DNA of 64,000 nucleotides from an uncultured Agromyces sp. (GTDB taxonomy: Bacteria; Actinomycetota; Actinomycetes; Actinomycetales; Microbacteriaceae), in the NCBI GenBank assembly GCA_913053875.1, contig CAJXGN010000011.1, positions 23,190-87,189 of the forward strand, given 5' to 3'. Numbering within the stretch: the first letter of the stretch is position 1; each line of letters starts with the position of its first letter. The position numbers and the translations under genes are program-made. The notes under the pieces are model-generated. The model made no database searches. It was not told the origin of the DNA and saw only the letters and a program-made list of their open reading frames with translations. This document shows, one piece after another, positions 25,721 through 38,285 of the stretch.

Positions 25721-27258
25721 GGGCGCCTCCAGGTCCGGCCGTCGCGGGCGAGCAGTTCATCGGCGGATTCGGGCCCCCAGGAGCCCGGAGCGTACTGCTC
25801 CGGCCGGCCCTGCGCGGCCCAGAACTCCTCGATCGGGTCGAGGATCTTCCAGGAGAGCTCGACCTCCTCCTGGCGCGGGAACAGCGGCGGGTCTCCGAGC
25901 AGCACGTCGAGGATCAGTCGCTCGTAGGCCTCGGGGCTCGCCTCGGTGAAGGCGTGGCCGTAGCCGAAGTCCATGGTGACGTCGCGCACCTGCATGCCGG
26001 CGCCGGGCACCTTCGAGCCGAAGCGGATGGTCACGCCCTCGTCGGGCTGCACGCGGATGACGAGCGCGTTCTGGCCGAGCTGCGCGGTCTGGCTGTCCTC
26101 GAACAGCTGCTGCGGGGCGCGCTTGAAGACCACCGCGATCTCCGTGACGCGTCGGCCGAGGCGCTTGCCCGCGCGCAGGTAGAACGGCACGCCGGCCCAC
26201 CGGCGGGTTCCGATCTCGAGCTTCATGGCCGCGTAGGTCTCGGTCGTCGACTCGGGGTTCATCCCGTCCTCGTCGAGGAAGCCGGGGACCTTCTCGCCGC
26301 CCTGCCAGCCGCCAGCGTACTGGCCGCGGGCGGTGCCGGTGGCGAGGTCGGCGGGCAGCCGCACGGCCGACAGCACCTTCTCCTTCTCGGTGCGGAGGTC
26401 GGCCGCGTCGAACGTCACCGGCTCCTCCATGGCCGTGAGGGCCAGCAGCTGGAGGAGGTGGTTCTGGATGACGTCGCGCGCCGCGCCGATGCCGTCGTAG
26501 TACCCGGCGCGGCCGCCCACGCCGATGTCCTCGGCCATGGTGATCTGCACGTGGTCGACGTGGTTGGCGTTCCAGATCGGCTCGTACAGCTGGTTGGCGA
26601 ACCGCAGCGCGAGGATGTTCTGGACCGTCTCCTTGCCGAGGTAGTGGTCGATGCGGAACACCGAGTCGGGCGGGAACACGGATGCGACGACGTCGTTGAG
26701 CTCGCGCGCCGACTCGAGGTCGTGCCCGAACGGCTTCTCGATGACGACGCGTCGCCACTGGCCGTCCTCCTGCTTCGTCAGGCCGGAGCGCCGGAGCTGC
26801 TCGGTGACGACGGGGAACGACTTCGGCGGGATCGACAGGTAGAACGCGTGGTTGCCCATCGTGCCGCGCTCGCGATCGAGGGACTCGACCGTCTCGCGCA
26901 GGCGCTCGAACGCCTCGTCGTCCTGGAAGGTGCCCGGCACGAAGCGGATGCCCTGCGAGAGCTGCTGCCAGACCTCCTCCCGGAACTCCGTGCGCGCGTA
27001 CTGCTTGACGGCGTCGTGCACGACCTTGCCGAAGTCCTGGTCCTCCCAGTCGCGGCGGGCGAAGCCGACGAGCGCGAAGCCCGGCGGGAGCAGCCCGCGG
27101 TTCGCCAGGTCGTACACGGCGGGCATCAGCTTCTTGCGCGACAGGTCGCCCGTCACGCCGAAGATGATGAGGCCGCTCGGCCCGGCGATGCGGTTGAGTC
27201 GGTAGTCCTTCGGTGAACGGAGCGGGTTCTGTCCCTTGGCGATCGGGGCCGGCTGCAT
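25717..27258 (-). CDS. zwf: Glucose-6-phosphate 1-dehydrogenase
   Basis: IFGVTGDLSRKKL, EKPFG, RIDHYLGKETVQN, RDVIQNHLLQ. Confidence 0.98.
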   Translation of the reverse strand: MQPAPIAKGQNPLRSPKDYRLNRIAGPSGLIIFGVTGDLSRKKLMPAVYDLANRGLLPPGFALVGFARRDWEDQDFGKVVHDAVKQYARTEFREEVWQQLSQGIRFVPGTFQDDEAFERLRETVESLDRERGTMGNHAFYLSIPPKSFPVVTEQLRRSGLTKQEDGQWRRVVIEKPFGHDLESARELNDVVASVFPPDSVFRIDHYLGKETVQNILALRFANQLYEPIWNANHVDHVQITMAEDIGVGGRAGYYDGIGAARDVIQNHLLQLLALTAMEEPVTFDAADLRTEKEKVLSAVRLPADLATGTARGQYAGGWQGGEKVPGFLDEDGMNPESTTETYAAMKLEIGTRRWAGVPFYLRAGKRLGRRVTEIAVVFKRAPQQLFEDSQTAQLGQNALVIRVQPDEGVTIRFGSKVPGAGMQVRDVTMDFGYGHAFTEASPEAYERLILDVLLGDPPLFPRQEEVELSWKILDPIEEFWAAQGRPEQYAPGSWGPESADELLARDGRTWRRP

Positions 27259-27271
27259 CCGGTTCCTCCGC

Positions 27272-28867
27272 TCAGCCCGCGGCGCCGAGCAGCGTGCCCG
27301 GCTGCGCGTCGGCCGTGAGGGTGAGGGTCAGCACCGGCCGGCCGTGGTCGGCGAGCACGCTCGCGTCGCCCGAGGCCTGCGCGGCGATCAGCTCGCCGAA
27401 CGTGAACGGACGGTCGGGGATCGCGAGGTCCTCGGTCGGCACGGCGGTGATCTGCAGGAACACGCCCACGGCCGGTCCGCCCTTGTGGAACTGGCCGGTC
27501 GAGTGCAGGAAGCGCGGACCCCAGCCGAACGTGACCGGACGCCCGGAGCGCGCGGCGAGCACGTCGCGGAGCTCGGCGAGCTGGGGGAGTGCGAGCCGGT
27601 CGACGTATGCCTGCACCGAGATGTAGCCGTCCGACGGCACTTCGTCGAGCAGCACGTCGATGGCCGACGGCAGGTCGCTGGCGGCGCCGATGACGTCCGG
27701 CGTGCCGCGCACCTCGATGCCCTCCGACACGAACGCCGCGGGGGCGGGCTCGGGCCGGGAGTCGAGCAGGCCGCGCGCGGCGACCTTGGCCGACTCCACG
27801 TCGGGCTGGTCGAACGGGTTGATGCCCAGCAGGCGACCGGCGACCGCGGTGGCGACCTCCCAGGTCACGAGCTGTGCGCCGAGCGAACCCGAGACGCGGA
27901 TCTCGTCGCCGTCGTGGAACGGCTGCTCACCCGCATCCGCCACCAGCCGCACGAGCTGCACGTCGGGCAGGCCCGCGGTCACCTCGGGCGACTCGGTGTC
28001 GAGCACGACGGGCAGGATGCCCGTGCCCTCCTTGCCGGTGGACTCGGCGATGAGCTGCTCGGCCCAGTCGGCGAAGCCCACGATGTGCGTGCCGTCGGCG
28101 ATGACGCCGAGCTTGTCGCGCAGCGGCTTCGTCGCGGAGATCGCGGCACCGAGCACGAGGCCGGGGTTGTCCTCGGCGTCGACTCCGAGCGCGGCCTCGA
28201 CCGACTCGGCGTCGTCGAGGAGCGCGGCGATGTCGACGCCGGCGAGTCCGGACGGCACGAGGCCGAACGCGGTCAGCGCCGAGTAGCGTCCGCCGACGGT
28301 CGGGTCGGCGTTGAACACGCGGTAGCCGGCCTCGCGGGCCGACGCGTCGAGCGGCGAGCCCGGGTCGGTCACGATCACGATGCGGCCGGTCGGGTCGATG
28401 CCCGCCTCGCGGAAGGCCTGCTCGTAGATGCGGCGCTGCGAGTCGGTCTCGACGGTGGAGCCCGACTTCGAGGACACGACGATTGCGGATGCCGCGAGGC
28501 GATCCGCGAGCGCGGCGCGCACCTGGCCCGGGTCGGTCGAGTCGAGCACCGTGAGCTCGACGCCCGCGGTGCGCGTGATGACCTCGGGGGCGAGCGAGGA
28601 GCCGCCCATGCCGCCGAGCACGACGTGCTCGACGCCGGCCGCGCGGAGCTCGTCGCGCAGTGCGAGGATCTCGGGCACGAGCGGACGCGAGACCTCGACG
28701 GCGTGCGTCCAGCCGAGGCGCTTGCTCGCCTCGTCGACGGCCGCCTCGCCCCACAGGGTGGCGTCGTGCGCGGCGATCTTCGAGGCGATGCCGTCGGCGA
28801 CGAGCGTCGGAACCGTGCTGCGGACGGCGTCGGCGGCCGCGCCGCCGACGGAGATGCGGACGGTCAT
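27272..28867 (-). CDS. pgi: Glucose-6-phosphate isomerase (type resembling the Pgi half of Tal-Pgi fusions)
   Basis: [63 protein letters not shown] overlap with the tal stop. Confidence 0.9.
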   Translation of the reverse strand: MTVRISVGGAAADAVRSTVPTLVADGIASKIAAHDATLWGEAAVDEASKRLGWTHAVEVSRPLVPEILALRDELRAAGVEHVVLGGMGGSSLAPEVITRTAGVELTVLDSTDPGQVRAALADRLAASAIVVSSKSGSTVETDSQRRIYEQAFREAGIDPTGRIVIVTDPGSPLDASAREAGYRVFNADPTVGGRYSALTAFGLVPSGLAGVDIAALLDDAESVEAALGVDAEDNPGLVLGAAISATKPLRDKLGVIADGTHIVGFADWAEQLIAESTGKEGTGILPVVLDTESPEVTAGLPDVQLVRLVADAGEQPFHDGDEIRVSGSLGAQLVTWEVATAVAGRLLGINPFDQPDVESAKVAARGLLDSRPEPAPAAFVSEGIEVRGTPDVIGAASDLPSAIDVLLDEVPSDGYISVQAYVDRLALPQLAELRDVLAARSGRPVTFGWGPRFLHSTGQFHKGGPAVGVFLQITAVPTEDLAIPDRPFTFGELIAAQASGDASVLADHGRPVLTLTLTADAQPGTLLGAAG

Positions 28868-29973
28868 CGTGCCCCCTCCAGTGCACCCGAGACGGTCTCG
28901 AGCAGTTCGTTCCACGAGACGATGAACTTCTCGACGCCCTCGGACTCGAGGGTCGCGGTGACGTCGTCGTAGTCGACGCCGACGGCGGCGAGCGCGTCGA
29001 GCACGCCCTGCGCCTCGGCGTAGCCGCCGGTCACGGTGTCACCGGTGACGACGCCGTGGTCGAACGTCGCCTCGAGAGTCTTCTCCGGCATGGTGTTCAC
29101 GACGCCCTCCGCGACCAGCTTGGTCACGTACAGCGTGTCGGGCAGGCTCGGATCCTTGACGCCGGTCGACGCCCACAGCGGGCGCTGCGGGTTCGCGCCG
29201 GCGGTGAGGAGCGCCTGCGCACGGTCGCTCGCGAACGCCTGCTCGTACACCTGGTAGGCGAGACGGGCATTGGCGACGCCGGCCTTGCTGCGCAGCGCGG
29301 CGGCCTGGTCGCCGCCGATCGCGTCGAGGCGCTTGTCGATCTCGGTGTCCACGCGGGAGACGAAGAACGACGCGACCGAGTGGATGGTCGACAGGTCGAT
29401 GCCGGCGGCCTTCGCCTGCTCGAGGCCCGCGAGGTACGCGTCGATGACCTCGGCGTGGCGCTGGAGCGAGAAGATCAGCGTGACGTTGACGCTGATGCCC
29501 GACCCGATCGCCTCGGTGATCGCGGGGAGCCCGGCCTTCGTGCCGGGGATCTTGATCATCGTGTTCGGCCGGTCGACCTTCGCCCAGAGCCGCTTGGCCT
29601 CGGCGATGGTGGCGTCGGTGTCGTTCGCGAGGTTCGGGGCCACCTCGATCGAGACGCGGCCGTCGAAGCCGGCGGTCGCGTCGTAGACGGGGCGGAACAC
29701 GTCGGCCGCGTCGCGGACGTCGTCGGTCGTGATCTCGAAGACCGCGCGGTCGACGTCGGCGCCGTCCGCTGCGAGCGCGGCGACCTGCTCCGCGTACGCG
29801 TCGCCCTTCGCGAGCGCGCCCGCGAAGATGGTCGGGTTGGTGGTCACGCCGACGACGTTCCGGTCGGCGATGAGCGCCTCGAGTCCGCCCGAGGCGATGC
29901 GCTCACGCGAGAGGTCGTCGAGCCAGATGCTGACGCCGGCCTCCGAGAGTGCTGCGGTGGGAGTGCTTGCCAT
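28864..29973 (-). CDS. tal: Transaldolase
   Basis: [44 protein letters not shown]. Confidence 0.96.
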   Translation of the reverse strand: MASTPTAALSEAGVSIWLDDLSRERIASGGLEALIADRNVVGVTTNPTIFAGALAKGDAYAEQVAALAADGADVDRAVFEITTDDVRDAADVFRPVYDATAGFDGRVSIEVAPNLANDTDATIAEAKRLWAKVDRPNTMIKIPGTKAGLPAITEAIGSGISVNVTLIFSLQRHAEVIDAYLAGLEQAKAAGIDLSTIHSVASFFVSRVDTEIDKRLDAIGGDQAAALRSKAGVANARLAYQVYEQAFASDRAQALLTAGANPQRPLWASTGVKDPSLPDTLYVTKLVAEGVVNTMPEKTLEATFDHGVVTGDTVTGGYAEAQGVLDALAAVGVDYDDVTATLESEGVEKFIVSWNELLETVSGALEGAR

Positions 29974-29999
29974 GGTGGTTCTCTCTCCTTCTGCCCGCG

Positions 30000-32090
30000 T
30001 CAGGACGCGAGCGTGTCCTTCGCTGCGGCGACGACGGCCTCGGCCGTGATGCCGAACTCGCGGAACAGGGTCTGGTAGTCGGCGGATGCGCCGAAGTGCT
30101 CGATCGAGACGCTGCGTCCGCGGTCGCCCACGTAGCGGCCCCAGGTGAGCGCGAGGCCGGCCTCGACCGACACGCGGGCCGTGACCGATGCGGGCAGCAC
30201 CTGCTCGCGGTACGAGGCGTCCTGCTCCTCGAACCACTCGAGGCTCGGTGCCGACACGACGCGCGCCTGCACGCCCTCGGCGGCGAGCGTCTCGCGTGCG
30301 GCGAGTGCGAGCTGCAGCTCGGAGCCGGTGGCGATGAGGATCACGTCGGGGGTGCCGTTCGGCGCCTCGGCGATGACGTAGGCGCCCTTGGCCACGCCGG
30401 CGGCCGACGCGAGGGTGTCGCCGGATGCCTCGCACTCGCCGCGCTCGAACACCGGGATGTTCTGGCGGGTCAGCGCGATGCCGGCGGGGCCGCCGCGGCG
30501 CTTGAGCAGCTCGAGCCACGCGTACGCGGTCTCGTTCGCGTCGCCGGGGCGCACCACCGTCATGTTCGGGATGGCGCGCAGCGATGCGAGCTGCTCGATC
30601 GGCTGGTGCGTCGGGCCGTCCTCGCCGAGCGCGACCGAGTCGTGCGTCCAGACGTAGATCGACGGGATGTCCATCAGCGCGGCCAAGCGCACCGAGGGGC
30701 GCATGTAGTCGCTGAAGATCAGGAACGTGCCGCCGAACGCGCGGGTCGGACCGTGCAGCACGATGCCGTTGACGATCGCCGCCATCGCGTGCTCGCGGAT
30801 CCCGAAGTGCAGCACGCGACCGTACCGGGTGCCGTGGAACTCGTGCGTCGAGTGCTCGGTCGGGATGAACGACTCGGCGCCGTTGATCGTGGTGAGGTTC
30901 GACTCGGCGAGGTCGGCCGAGCCGCCCCACAACTCGGGCAGCTGCGCGGCCAGCGCGTTGATGACCTTGCCCGACGCGGCGCGCGTCGAGACGTCCTTGC
31001 CGGCCTCGAACACGGGCAGTGCGTCGGCGATGCCATCGGGCAGCTCACCCGCGAGCACGCGGTCGAGCAGCGCCTTGCGCTCGGGGTTCGCCTCGGCCCA
31101 GGTGTTGAACGAGAGCTCCCACTCGGAGCGCTCGACGGCGCCGCGGTCGACGGCGAGCCGCGTGTGGGCGAGCACCTCGGGGTCGACGGCGAAGTGCTGC
31201 TCGGGGTCGAAGCCGAGCACCTCCTTGGTCGCCGCGAGCTCCTCGGCGCCGAGCTTGGAGCCGTGGATCTTGCCGGTGTTCTGCTTGTTCGGGGCGGGCC
31301 AGCCGATGATCGTCTTCAGCACGATGATCGAGGGCTTCCCGGTCTCCACCTTCGCGGCTTCGATGGCGGCGTGCAGCTCCCGCACGTCCTCCACGTACTC
31401 GCCGGTCTTCTTCCAGTCGACGGTCTGCACGTGCCATCCGTAGGCCTCGTAGCGCGCCGCGACGTCCTCGGTGAAGGCGATGTCGGTGTCGTCCTCGATC
31501 GAGATCTGGTTCGAGTCGTAGAGCACCACGAGGTTGCCGAGCTGCTGGTGGCCGGCGAGCGAGGATGCCTCGCTGGTCACGCCCTCCTGCAGGTCGCCGT
31601 CGGACGCGATCACGTAGACGTGGTGGTCGAACGGGCTCTCGCCGGGCAGCGCGTCGGGGTCGAACAGGCCGCGCTCGAAGCGGGCGGCGTACGCGAAGCC
31701 GACGGCCGAGGCGAGGCCCTGGCCGAGCGGGCCGGTCGTGATCTCGACGCCGTCGGTGTGGCCGTACTCGGGGTGGCCCGGGGTCTTGGAGCCCCACGTG
31801 CGGAGCGACTCGAGGTCCTCCAGCTCGAGGCCGTAGCCGCCGAGGTACAGCTGCACGTACTGCGTGAGCGAGCTGTGCCCGGCGGAGAGGATGAAGCGGT
31901 CACGTCCGAGCCAGTGCTGGTCGGACGGGTCCCGACGCATCACCTTCTGGAAGAGGAGGTACGCCGCCGGCGCGAGGCTCATCGCGGTACCTGGGTGGCC
32001 GTTGCCGACCTTCTCCACCGCGTCCGCTGCGAGGACACGGGCGGTGTCCACGGCCTTGTCGTCGATCGGCTGCCATTGCAGTGCTGCCAC
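30000..32090 (-). CDS. tkt: Transketolase
   Basis: [29 protein letters not shown] motif, [14 protein letters not shown] start after GAAGGGA. Confidence 0.97.
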   Translation of the reverse strand: MAALQWQPIDDKAVDTARVLAADAVEKVGNGHPGTAMSLAPAAYLLFQKVMRRDPSDQHWLGRDRFILSAGHSSLTQYVQLYLGGYGLELEDLESLRTWGSKTPGHPEYGHTDGVEITTGPLGQGLASAVGFAYAARFERGLFDPDALPGESPFDHHVYVIASDGDLQEGVTSEASSLAGHQQLGNLVVLYDSNQISIEDDTDIAFTEDVAARYEAYGWHVQTVDWKKTGEYVEDVRELHAAIEAAKVETGKPSIIVLKTIIGWPAPNKQNTGKIHGSKLGAEELAATKEVLGFDPEQHFAVDPEVLAHTRLAVDRGAVERSEWELSFNTWAEANPERKALLDRVLAGELPDGIADALPVFEAGKDVSTRAASGKVINALAAQLPELWGGSADLAESNLTTINGAESFIPTEHSTHEFHGTRYGRVLHFGIREHAMAAIVNGIVLHGPTRAFGGTFLIFSDYMRPSVRLAALMDIPSIYVWTHDSVALGEDGPTHQPIEQLASLRAIPNMTVVRPGDANETAYAWLELLKRRGGPAGIALTRQNIPVFERGECEASGDTLASAAGVAKGAYVIAEAPNGTPDVILIATGSELQLALAARETLAAEGVQARVVSAPSLEWFEEQDASYREQVLPASVTARVSVEAGLALTWGRYVGDRGRSVSIEHFGASADYQTLFREFGITAEAVVAAAKDTLAS

Positions 32091-32412
32091 CTTGTTCTGA
32101 TCCCTTCGATCATTCGCGTGAGGCCGGGGCACTCCGCCTGCACCCCTCGTGAAGTGCCACGTCGACGGGCAGCACGCGATCCGTCGGAACGGAAAGGGGG
32201 TGGATGCCGCGTCGAGGCGAGCACCCTCAGCATAGCGAGGAGCGTGTTCCGCTGAGATTGCGTGACGCTCACGGCGTAACCGGGTCGCTGTGAGCCGCCG
32301 GAAACCCGGCACGCGACGCCGTGCGGCGGCGGCGCGACGGGCGGATCGCATCGCCTAGACTTGACCGGGACGATCGCGCAGCCGAGCCCGTGCGCGCAAC
32401 CGAGAAGGAACG

Positions 32413-33333
32413 ATGGACCAAGCCGTACGCACCCGAGAGCCGCGCACCGCCATCGGGTTCCGTCGCAAGGCCGCCGCCTACCTGGCGCTGACGAAGCCGC
32501 GGGTCATCGAGCTGCTCCTCGTCGTGACCGCACCCACGATGATCCTGGCGCAGGGCGGCCTGCCCGACCTCTGGCTGCTGCTCGCGACGCTGATCGGCGG
32601 CGCGATGAGCGCCGGGTCCGCGGGCGCCTTCAACTGCTACATCGACCGCGACATCGACCGCGTGATGCGCCGCACGCGCAACCGCCCGCTCGTGACGGGG
32701 GAGCTGACCGACCGCGAGGCGCTCGTGTTCGCCTACGCGCTGGGCGCGGCATCCATCGTCTGGCTCGGCGTGTTCGCCAACTGGCTCGCCGCCGCGCTGT
32801 CGCTCGCCGCGATCCTGCTCTACGTGGTCTTCTACAGCCTCGTCCTCAAGCGCCGCACATCGCAGAACATCGTCTGGGGCGGCGTCGCGGGCTGCATGCC
32901 GGTGCTCATCGGCTGGGCGGCCGTGACCGGCGACCTGAGCTGGGCGCCGTTCATCCTGTTCCTCATCATCTTCCTCTGGACCCCGCCGCACTACTGGCCG
33001 CTGTCGATGAAGTACCGCGAGGACTACGCGGCGGCAGGCGTGCCGATGCTCGCCGTGGTCCGCGGCCGTGCGCAGGTCGGCCTGCAGGTCATCCTCTACG
33101 CCTGGGCGACGCTCGCGTGCTCGCTGCTGCTCATCCCGGTCGCCGGCATGGGGCTCGTCTACACGGCCGTCGCACTCGTCACGGGCGGCTGGTTCGTCGC
33201 CGAGACGCACCGCCTGTACGGGCTCGCGATCCGCAACCAGCCCGCGTCCGGCATGCGCGTCTTCCACTCGTCGATCGCGTACCTGTCGCTGCTCTTCCTC
33301 GCGGTCGGCATCGACCCCCTGCTGCCCTTCTAG
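32413..33333 (+). CDS. ctaB: Protoheme IX farnesyltransferase (heme O synthase)
   Basis: [33 protein letters not shown]. Confidence 0.95.
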   Translation: MDQAVRTREPRTAIGFRRKAAAYLALTKPRVIELLLVVTAPTMILAQGGLPDLWLLLATLIGGAMSAGSAGAFNCYIDRDIDRVMRRTRNRPLVTGELTDREALVFAYALGAASIVWLGVFANWLAAALSLAAILLYVVFYSLVLKRRTSQNIVWGGVAGCMPVLIGWAAVTGDLSWAPFILFLIIFLWTPPHYWPLSMKYREDYAAAGVPMLAVVRGRAQVGLQVILYAWATLACSLLLIPVAGMGLVYTAVALVTGGWFVAETHRLYGLAIRNQPASGMRVFHSSIAYLSLLFLAVGIDPLLPF

Positions 33334-34265
33334 CCGCGGAGGGCCTCGGCGGGGGCGGGGGAGTCGGCGTCGACCTGCGCGGGCGCCTTCAGGTGGAGGA
33401 CCACCGTGGTCATCGCGGCTGCCGAGAGGGCCGCGAGCACCATGTGCACGCCGACCGCGAGCGGGGGCAGGCCGTTGCGGGCCTGGAAGACGCCCACGGC
33501 GATCTGCACCAGCACGACGGCGGTCAGCACGAGCAGCCACTTCAGCGGTCGCAGGCGGGCCGCTGCGGCCCAGGCGACGAGTGCGACGAGGAGCGCGCCG
33601 AGCAGGTAGCCCGGCCAGGAGTGCACGTGCGCGAGCAGCGTCGCGTCCACCCCGGTGCGCACGACGTCGTCGTCGCCCGAGTGCGGACCCGATGCCGTGG
33701 TCATCACGCCGACGAGGACGGTGACGGCCAGCACGAGGGTGGTGACGTGGGTGAGGATCGCGAACGCCTTCGGCACCGCGAGCTCGCGGCGACCGGCGGG
33801 CGCGTGCATGCGCACGAGGAACGCGGCGGCGATGCAGACGATGACGACCGAGACCGTGTAGTGGAAGCCCACGAGCGCGGCCGCGAGCTCCTGCCAGACG
33901 ACGAACGCGCCCACGAGCGCCTGCACGAGCACGAGCACGAGCACGAGGAGGGCGAGCCGGAAGAGGTCCTTCCGTTCGCGTCGGAGGCGCCAGACGAAGA
34001 GCACGACGAGGAGCGCGGCGAGCAGCAGTGGCCCGCTGATGGTGCGGTTGCCGAACTCGATCACGCCGTGGATGCCCATCTCGGGGGTCGGCGTGAGCGA
34101 GCCGGGCACGCACACGGGCCAGTCGCTGCAGCCGAGGCCGGAGGCGGTGAGGCGCACCGCGCCGCCGGTGGCGATGATGAGCACGTTCAGCACGAACGAC
34201 ACCCACGCGGTGATGCGGATGCGGCGGTCGACGTGGTCGGGGAGCCAGGCGACGAAACGGTTCAC
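33330..34265 (-). CDS. ctaA: Heme A synthase (COX15/CtaA family)
   Basis: [25 protein letters not shown], conserved His residues, multiple TM helices. Confidence 0.9.
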   Translation of the reverse strand: MNRFVAWLPDHVDRRIRITAWVSFVLNVLIIATGGAVRLTASGLGCSDWPVCVPGSLTPTPEMGIHGVIEFGNRTISGPLLLAALLVVLFVWRLRRERKDLFRLALLVLVLVLVQALVGAFVVWQELAAALVGFHYTVSVVIVCIAAAFLVRMHAPAGRRELAVPKAFAILTHVTTLVLAVTVLVGVMTTASGPHSGDDDVVRTGVDATLLAHVHSWPGYLLGALLVALVAWAAAARLRPLKWLLVLTAVVLVQIAVGVFQARNGLPPLAVGVHMVLAALSAAAMTTVVLHLKAPAQVDADSPAPAEALRG

Positions 34266-34328
34266 GGTACTCGATCCGGACGCGACGGTCTGGGACGGCG
34301 CTGGGAGTCCTGCCCCTGAGGGTTCGCG

Positions 34329-34340
34329 ACCCTATAGACT
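34329..34340. promoter_or_regulatory. Back-to-back -10 boxes for ctaA (minus, TAGGGT) and the suf operon (plus, TAGACT)
   Basis: ACCCTA|TAGACT; the reverse complement of ACCCTA is TAGGGT. Confidence 0.5.
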
Positions 34341-34517
34341 TGTGTGGTTGACGAGCACGCGCAGGCGCGCAGGACGCAGGAATGCGGCCGGTGCTCGGCT
34401 TCCATCTTAGGTACGCACTGCAGCCACCCGCACATCGCTCCCGAACCGCGCTGCGCCTCGAACGCGGAGAGGGGAGCGAGCCGGACTGATAGCCGGGGGG
34501 TGGAGAAGAGGAGAACG

Positions 34518-35936
34518 ATGACCGACGTCCTCATCGACCGACCGGAGCTCGAGGGCCTCGGCCAGTACGAGTTCGGCTGGGCCGACTCCGACGTGGCCGG
34601 AGCGTCGGCGCGACGCGGGCTCTCGCCCGAGGTCGTGGCCGACATCTCGCAGCTGAAGGACGAGCCGGAGTGGATGCGCAAGCGTCGCCTCCGCGCCCTC
34701 CAGCTGTTCGACCGCAAGCCCATGCCCAGCTGGGGCGCCGACCTGTCGGACATCGACTTCGACAACATCAAGTACTTCGTGCGCTCCACCGAGAAGCAGG
34801 CCCAGACGTGGGAGGACCTGCCCGAGGACATCAAGAACACGTACGAGAAGCTCGGCATCCCCGAGGCGGAGCGCAAGCGCCTCGTCGCGGGCGTCGCTGC
34901 GCAGTACGAGTCCGAGGTCGTCTACCACCAGATCAACGAGCAGCTCGAGGCGCAGGGTGTCATCTTCATGGACACCGACACGGCGCTGCGCGAGCACCCG
35001 GAGTTCTTCGAGGAGTACTTCGGCACGGTCATCCCGGCCGGCGACAACAAGTTCGCCGCGCTGAACACGGCCGTGTGGTCGGGCGGGTCGTTCGTCTACG
35101 TGCCGCCGGGCGTGCACGTGGAGATCCCGCTGCAGGCGTACTTCCGCATCAACACCGAGAACATGGGCCAGTTCGAGCGCACGCTCATCATCGCCGACGA
35201 GGGCTCGTACGTGCACTACATCGAGGGCTGCACGGCGCCGATCTACAAGAGCGACTCGCTGCACTCCGCGGTCGTCGAGATCGTCGTGAAGAAGAACGCC
35301 CGCGTGCGGTACACGACCATCCAGAACTGGTCGAACAACGTCTACAACCTCGTGACGAAGCGGGCCACCGCCGCCGAGGGCGCCACCATGGAGTGGATCG
35401 ACGGCAACATCGGCTCCAAGGTGACGATGAAGTACCCGTCGATCTTCCTGATGGGCGAGCACGCCAAGGGCGAGACCCTGTCGGTCGCGTTCGCAGGCCC
35501 CGGCCAGCACCAGGACGCCGGCGCGAAGATGATCCACATGGCGCCGCACACGCAGTCGTCGATCGTCTCGAAGTCGATCGCGCGCGGCGGCGGCCGAGCG
35601 GGCTACCGCGGTGAGGTGCGGGTGGACGCGAACGCGCACCACTCTGCGAACACCGTGCGCTGCGACGCGCTGCTGGTCGACACGATCTCGCGCTCCGACA
35701 CGTACCCGGCCATCGACATCCGCGTCGACGACGTGCACCTGGGCCACGAGGCGACCGTGTCGCGCGTGAGCGAGGAGCAGCTGTTCTACCTCATGTCGCG
35801 CGGCCTGCCGGAGGACGAGGCCATGGCCATGATCGTGCGCGGCTTCATCGAGCCGATCGCCCGCGAGCTCCCCATGGAGTACGCGATGGAACTCAACAAA
35901 CTGATCGAGATGAGCATGGAAGGATCCGTCGGCTGA
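34518..35936 (+). CDS. sufB: Fe-S cluster assembly protein SufB
   Basis: [40 protein letters not shown] after an AGAGGAGA RBS; no intein. Confidence 0.97.
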   Translation: MTDVLIDRPELEGLGQYEFGWADSDVAGASARRGLSPEVVADISQLKDEPEWMRKRRLRALQLFDRKPMPSWGADLSDIDFDNIKYFVRSTEKQAQTWEDLPEDIKNTYEKLGIPEAERKRLVAGVAAQYESEVVYHQINEQLEAQGVIFMDTDTALREHPEFFEEYFGTVIPAGDNKFAALNTAVWSGGSFVYVPPGVHVEIPLQAYFRINTENMGQFERTLIIADEGSYVHYIEGCTAPIYKSDSLHSAVVEIVVKKNARVRYTTIQNWSNNVYNLVTKRATAAEGATMEWIDGNIGSKVTMKYPSIFLMGEHAKGETLSVAFAGPGQHQDAGAKMIHMAPHTQSSIVSKSIARGGGRAGYRGEVRVDANAHHSANTVRCDALLVDTISRSDTYPAIDIRVDDVHLGHEATVSRVSEEQLFYLMSRGLPEDEAMAMIVRGFIEPIARELPMEYAMELNKLIEMSMEGSVG

Positions 35937-37148
35937 ATGACGTCCGCAATCCAGACGCCACCCGTCGCCCCCGGTAGCAGGGCGCACAGCGACGGAGCCG
36001 GTGCGTTCGTGCCGGTGCAGACCCGAACCGAGCGCACTCGCTCCTACGACCCCGCCGACTTCGGCGTGCCCGCGGGCACCGAGGTCGACTGGAAGCACAC
36101 CCCGATCCAGCGCATCGCCGGCGTGTTCGGCGACGTCGAGACCGACGACCGTCCGGGCGACCCCGCGGTCGACTGGCAGCTGTCGGGCGCCGACGCCGTC
36201 GAGGTGGGAACGCTCGCCGTCGGCCAGGCGCCGCGCGGCGAGGCCTTCACCCCCGAGGACCTGCCGAGCGCGCTCGCCTGGAAGCACACCGGCGAGGCGC
36301 TGCACGTCGTGCTGCCGGAGGGCGTCGAGCTCGACCAGCCCGTCGTGGTGCAGCTCACCGGCAACGGTGTGGAGCGCCGGGCCAACGGCCACGTCGTGAT
36401 CGAGGCCAAGCCCAACTCGCGCGGCACGATCGTGCTCCGCCACGCCGGCAGCACCACGTTCGCCCAGAACGTCGAGGTGCTCGTCCGCGAGGGCGCGAAC
36501 CTCACCGTGGTGAGCGTGCAGGAGTGGGCCGACGACGCGATCCACGCCGCGGCCCACCAGGCGCGCGTCGGCCGCGACGCCTACCTCCGCCACGTCGTCG
36601 TCTCGTTCGGCGGCGGGGTCGTGCGCCTCAACCCGAGCGTCGAGCTCGCGGGCGAGGGCTCGGAGGCCGAGCTGTACGGCCTGAGCTTCTCCGACGCCGG
36701 CCAGCACTTCGAGAGCCAGGTGTTCCTGCACCACAAGGGCCCGCACACGCGCGGCGACGTGCTCTACAAGGGCGCACTGCAGGGTGAGACGGCCCGCAGC
36801 GTGTGGATCGGCGACGTGCTGATCGGGCGCGACGCGGTCGGCACCGACTCGTACGAGGCGAACCGCAACCTGGTGCTCACGCCCGGCGCGCGCGCCGACT
36901 CGATCCCGAACCTCGAGATCGAGACGGGCGACATCCAGGGCGCCGGCCACGCGAGCGCGACGGGACGCTTCGACGACGAGCAGCTGTTCTACCTGCAGGC
37001 GCGCGGCATCCGCGAGGACGAGGCCCGACGCCTCGTCGTCATCGGCTTCCTCGCCGAGATCGTGCAGAAGATCGGCGTGCCCGACCTCGAGGCGCACCTC
37101 GCCGAGGCGATCGAGGCCGAGCTCGCGGGCGGGGTGCTCCCGTCGTGA
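35937..37148 (+). CDS. sufD: Fe-S cluster assembly protein SufD
   Basis: EVDWKHTP, YKGALQG, ADSIPNLEIE, AGHASATGRFDDEQLFYLQARG. Confidence 0.95.
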   Translation: MTSAIQTPPVAPGSRAHSDGAGAFVPVQTRTERTRSYDPADFGVPAGTEVDWKHTPIQRIAGVFGDVETDDRPGDPAVDWQLSGADAVEVGTLAVGQAPRGEAFTPEDLPSALAWKHTGEALHVVLPEGVELDQPVVVQLTGNGVERRANGHVVIEAKPNSRGTIVLRHAGSTTFAQNVEVLVREGANLTVVSVQEWADDAIHAAAHQARVGRDAYLRHVVVSFGGGVVRLNPSVELAGEGSEAELYGLSFSDAGQHFESQVFLHHKGPHTRGDVLYKGALQGETARSVWIGDVLIGRDAVGTDSYEANRNLVLTPGARADSIPNLEIETGDIQGAGHASATGRFDDEQLFYLQARGIREDEARRLVVIGFLAEIVQKIGVPDLEAHLAEAIEAELAGGVLPS

Positions 37149-37471
37149 GTGCCGTCCGCGTCTGCGACGTCGACGCGCTCGAGGCCGACCAGGCCCAGCG
37201 CTTCGTCGTCGATGGCACGCCTATCGCGGTCGTGAAGGATGCCGCCGGAGACGTGCACGCCATCGGCGACACCTGCACGCACGGCGACATCTCGCTCGCC
37301 GAGGGATTCGTGGAGGACGACACGCTCGAGTGCTGGGCGCACGGGTCGAAGTTCTCCCTGACGACCGGCAAGCCACTCACCCTCCCCGCCTACGAGCCCG
37401 TCCCGGTGTACCGGGTGGAGCTCGCCGACGGCGGCGTCTTCATCGACCCGACCGTCACCCTGAACGTCTGA
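37145..37471 (+). CDS. Rieske-type [2Fe-2S] ferredoxin
   Basis: CTHG...ECWAHGSKF Rieske ligands; GTGA overlap with sufD. Confidence 0.92.
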   Translation: MSAVRVCDVDALEADQAQRFVVDGTPIAVVKDAAGDVHAIGDTCTHGDISLAEGFVEDDTLECWAHGSKFSLTTGKPLTLPAYEPVPVYRVELADGGVFIDPTVTLNV

Positions 37472-37516
37472 ACCCCCGACCACGGCGCGTCTGCGCCGGG
37501 AAGTGAACGCAACAAC

Positions 37517-38281
<765 letters not shown>

Positions 38282-38285
38282 TCCC

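Noticed and set aside
34344-34517. GTG-started N-terminal extension of SufB, or a leader peptide
   Set aside because: A strong RBS precedes ATG 34518 and the extension has no SufB-like character. Leaderless initiation at 34344 would be too close to the -10, though it is not fully excluded.
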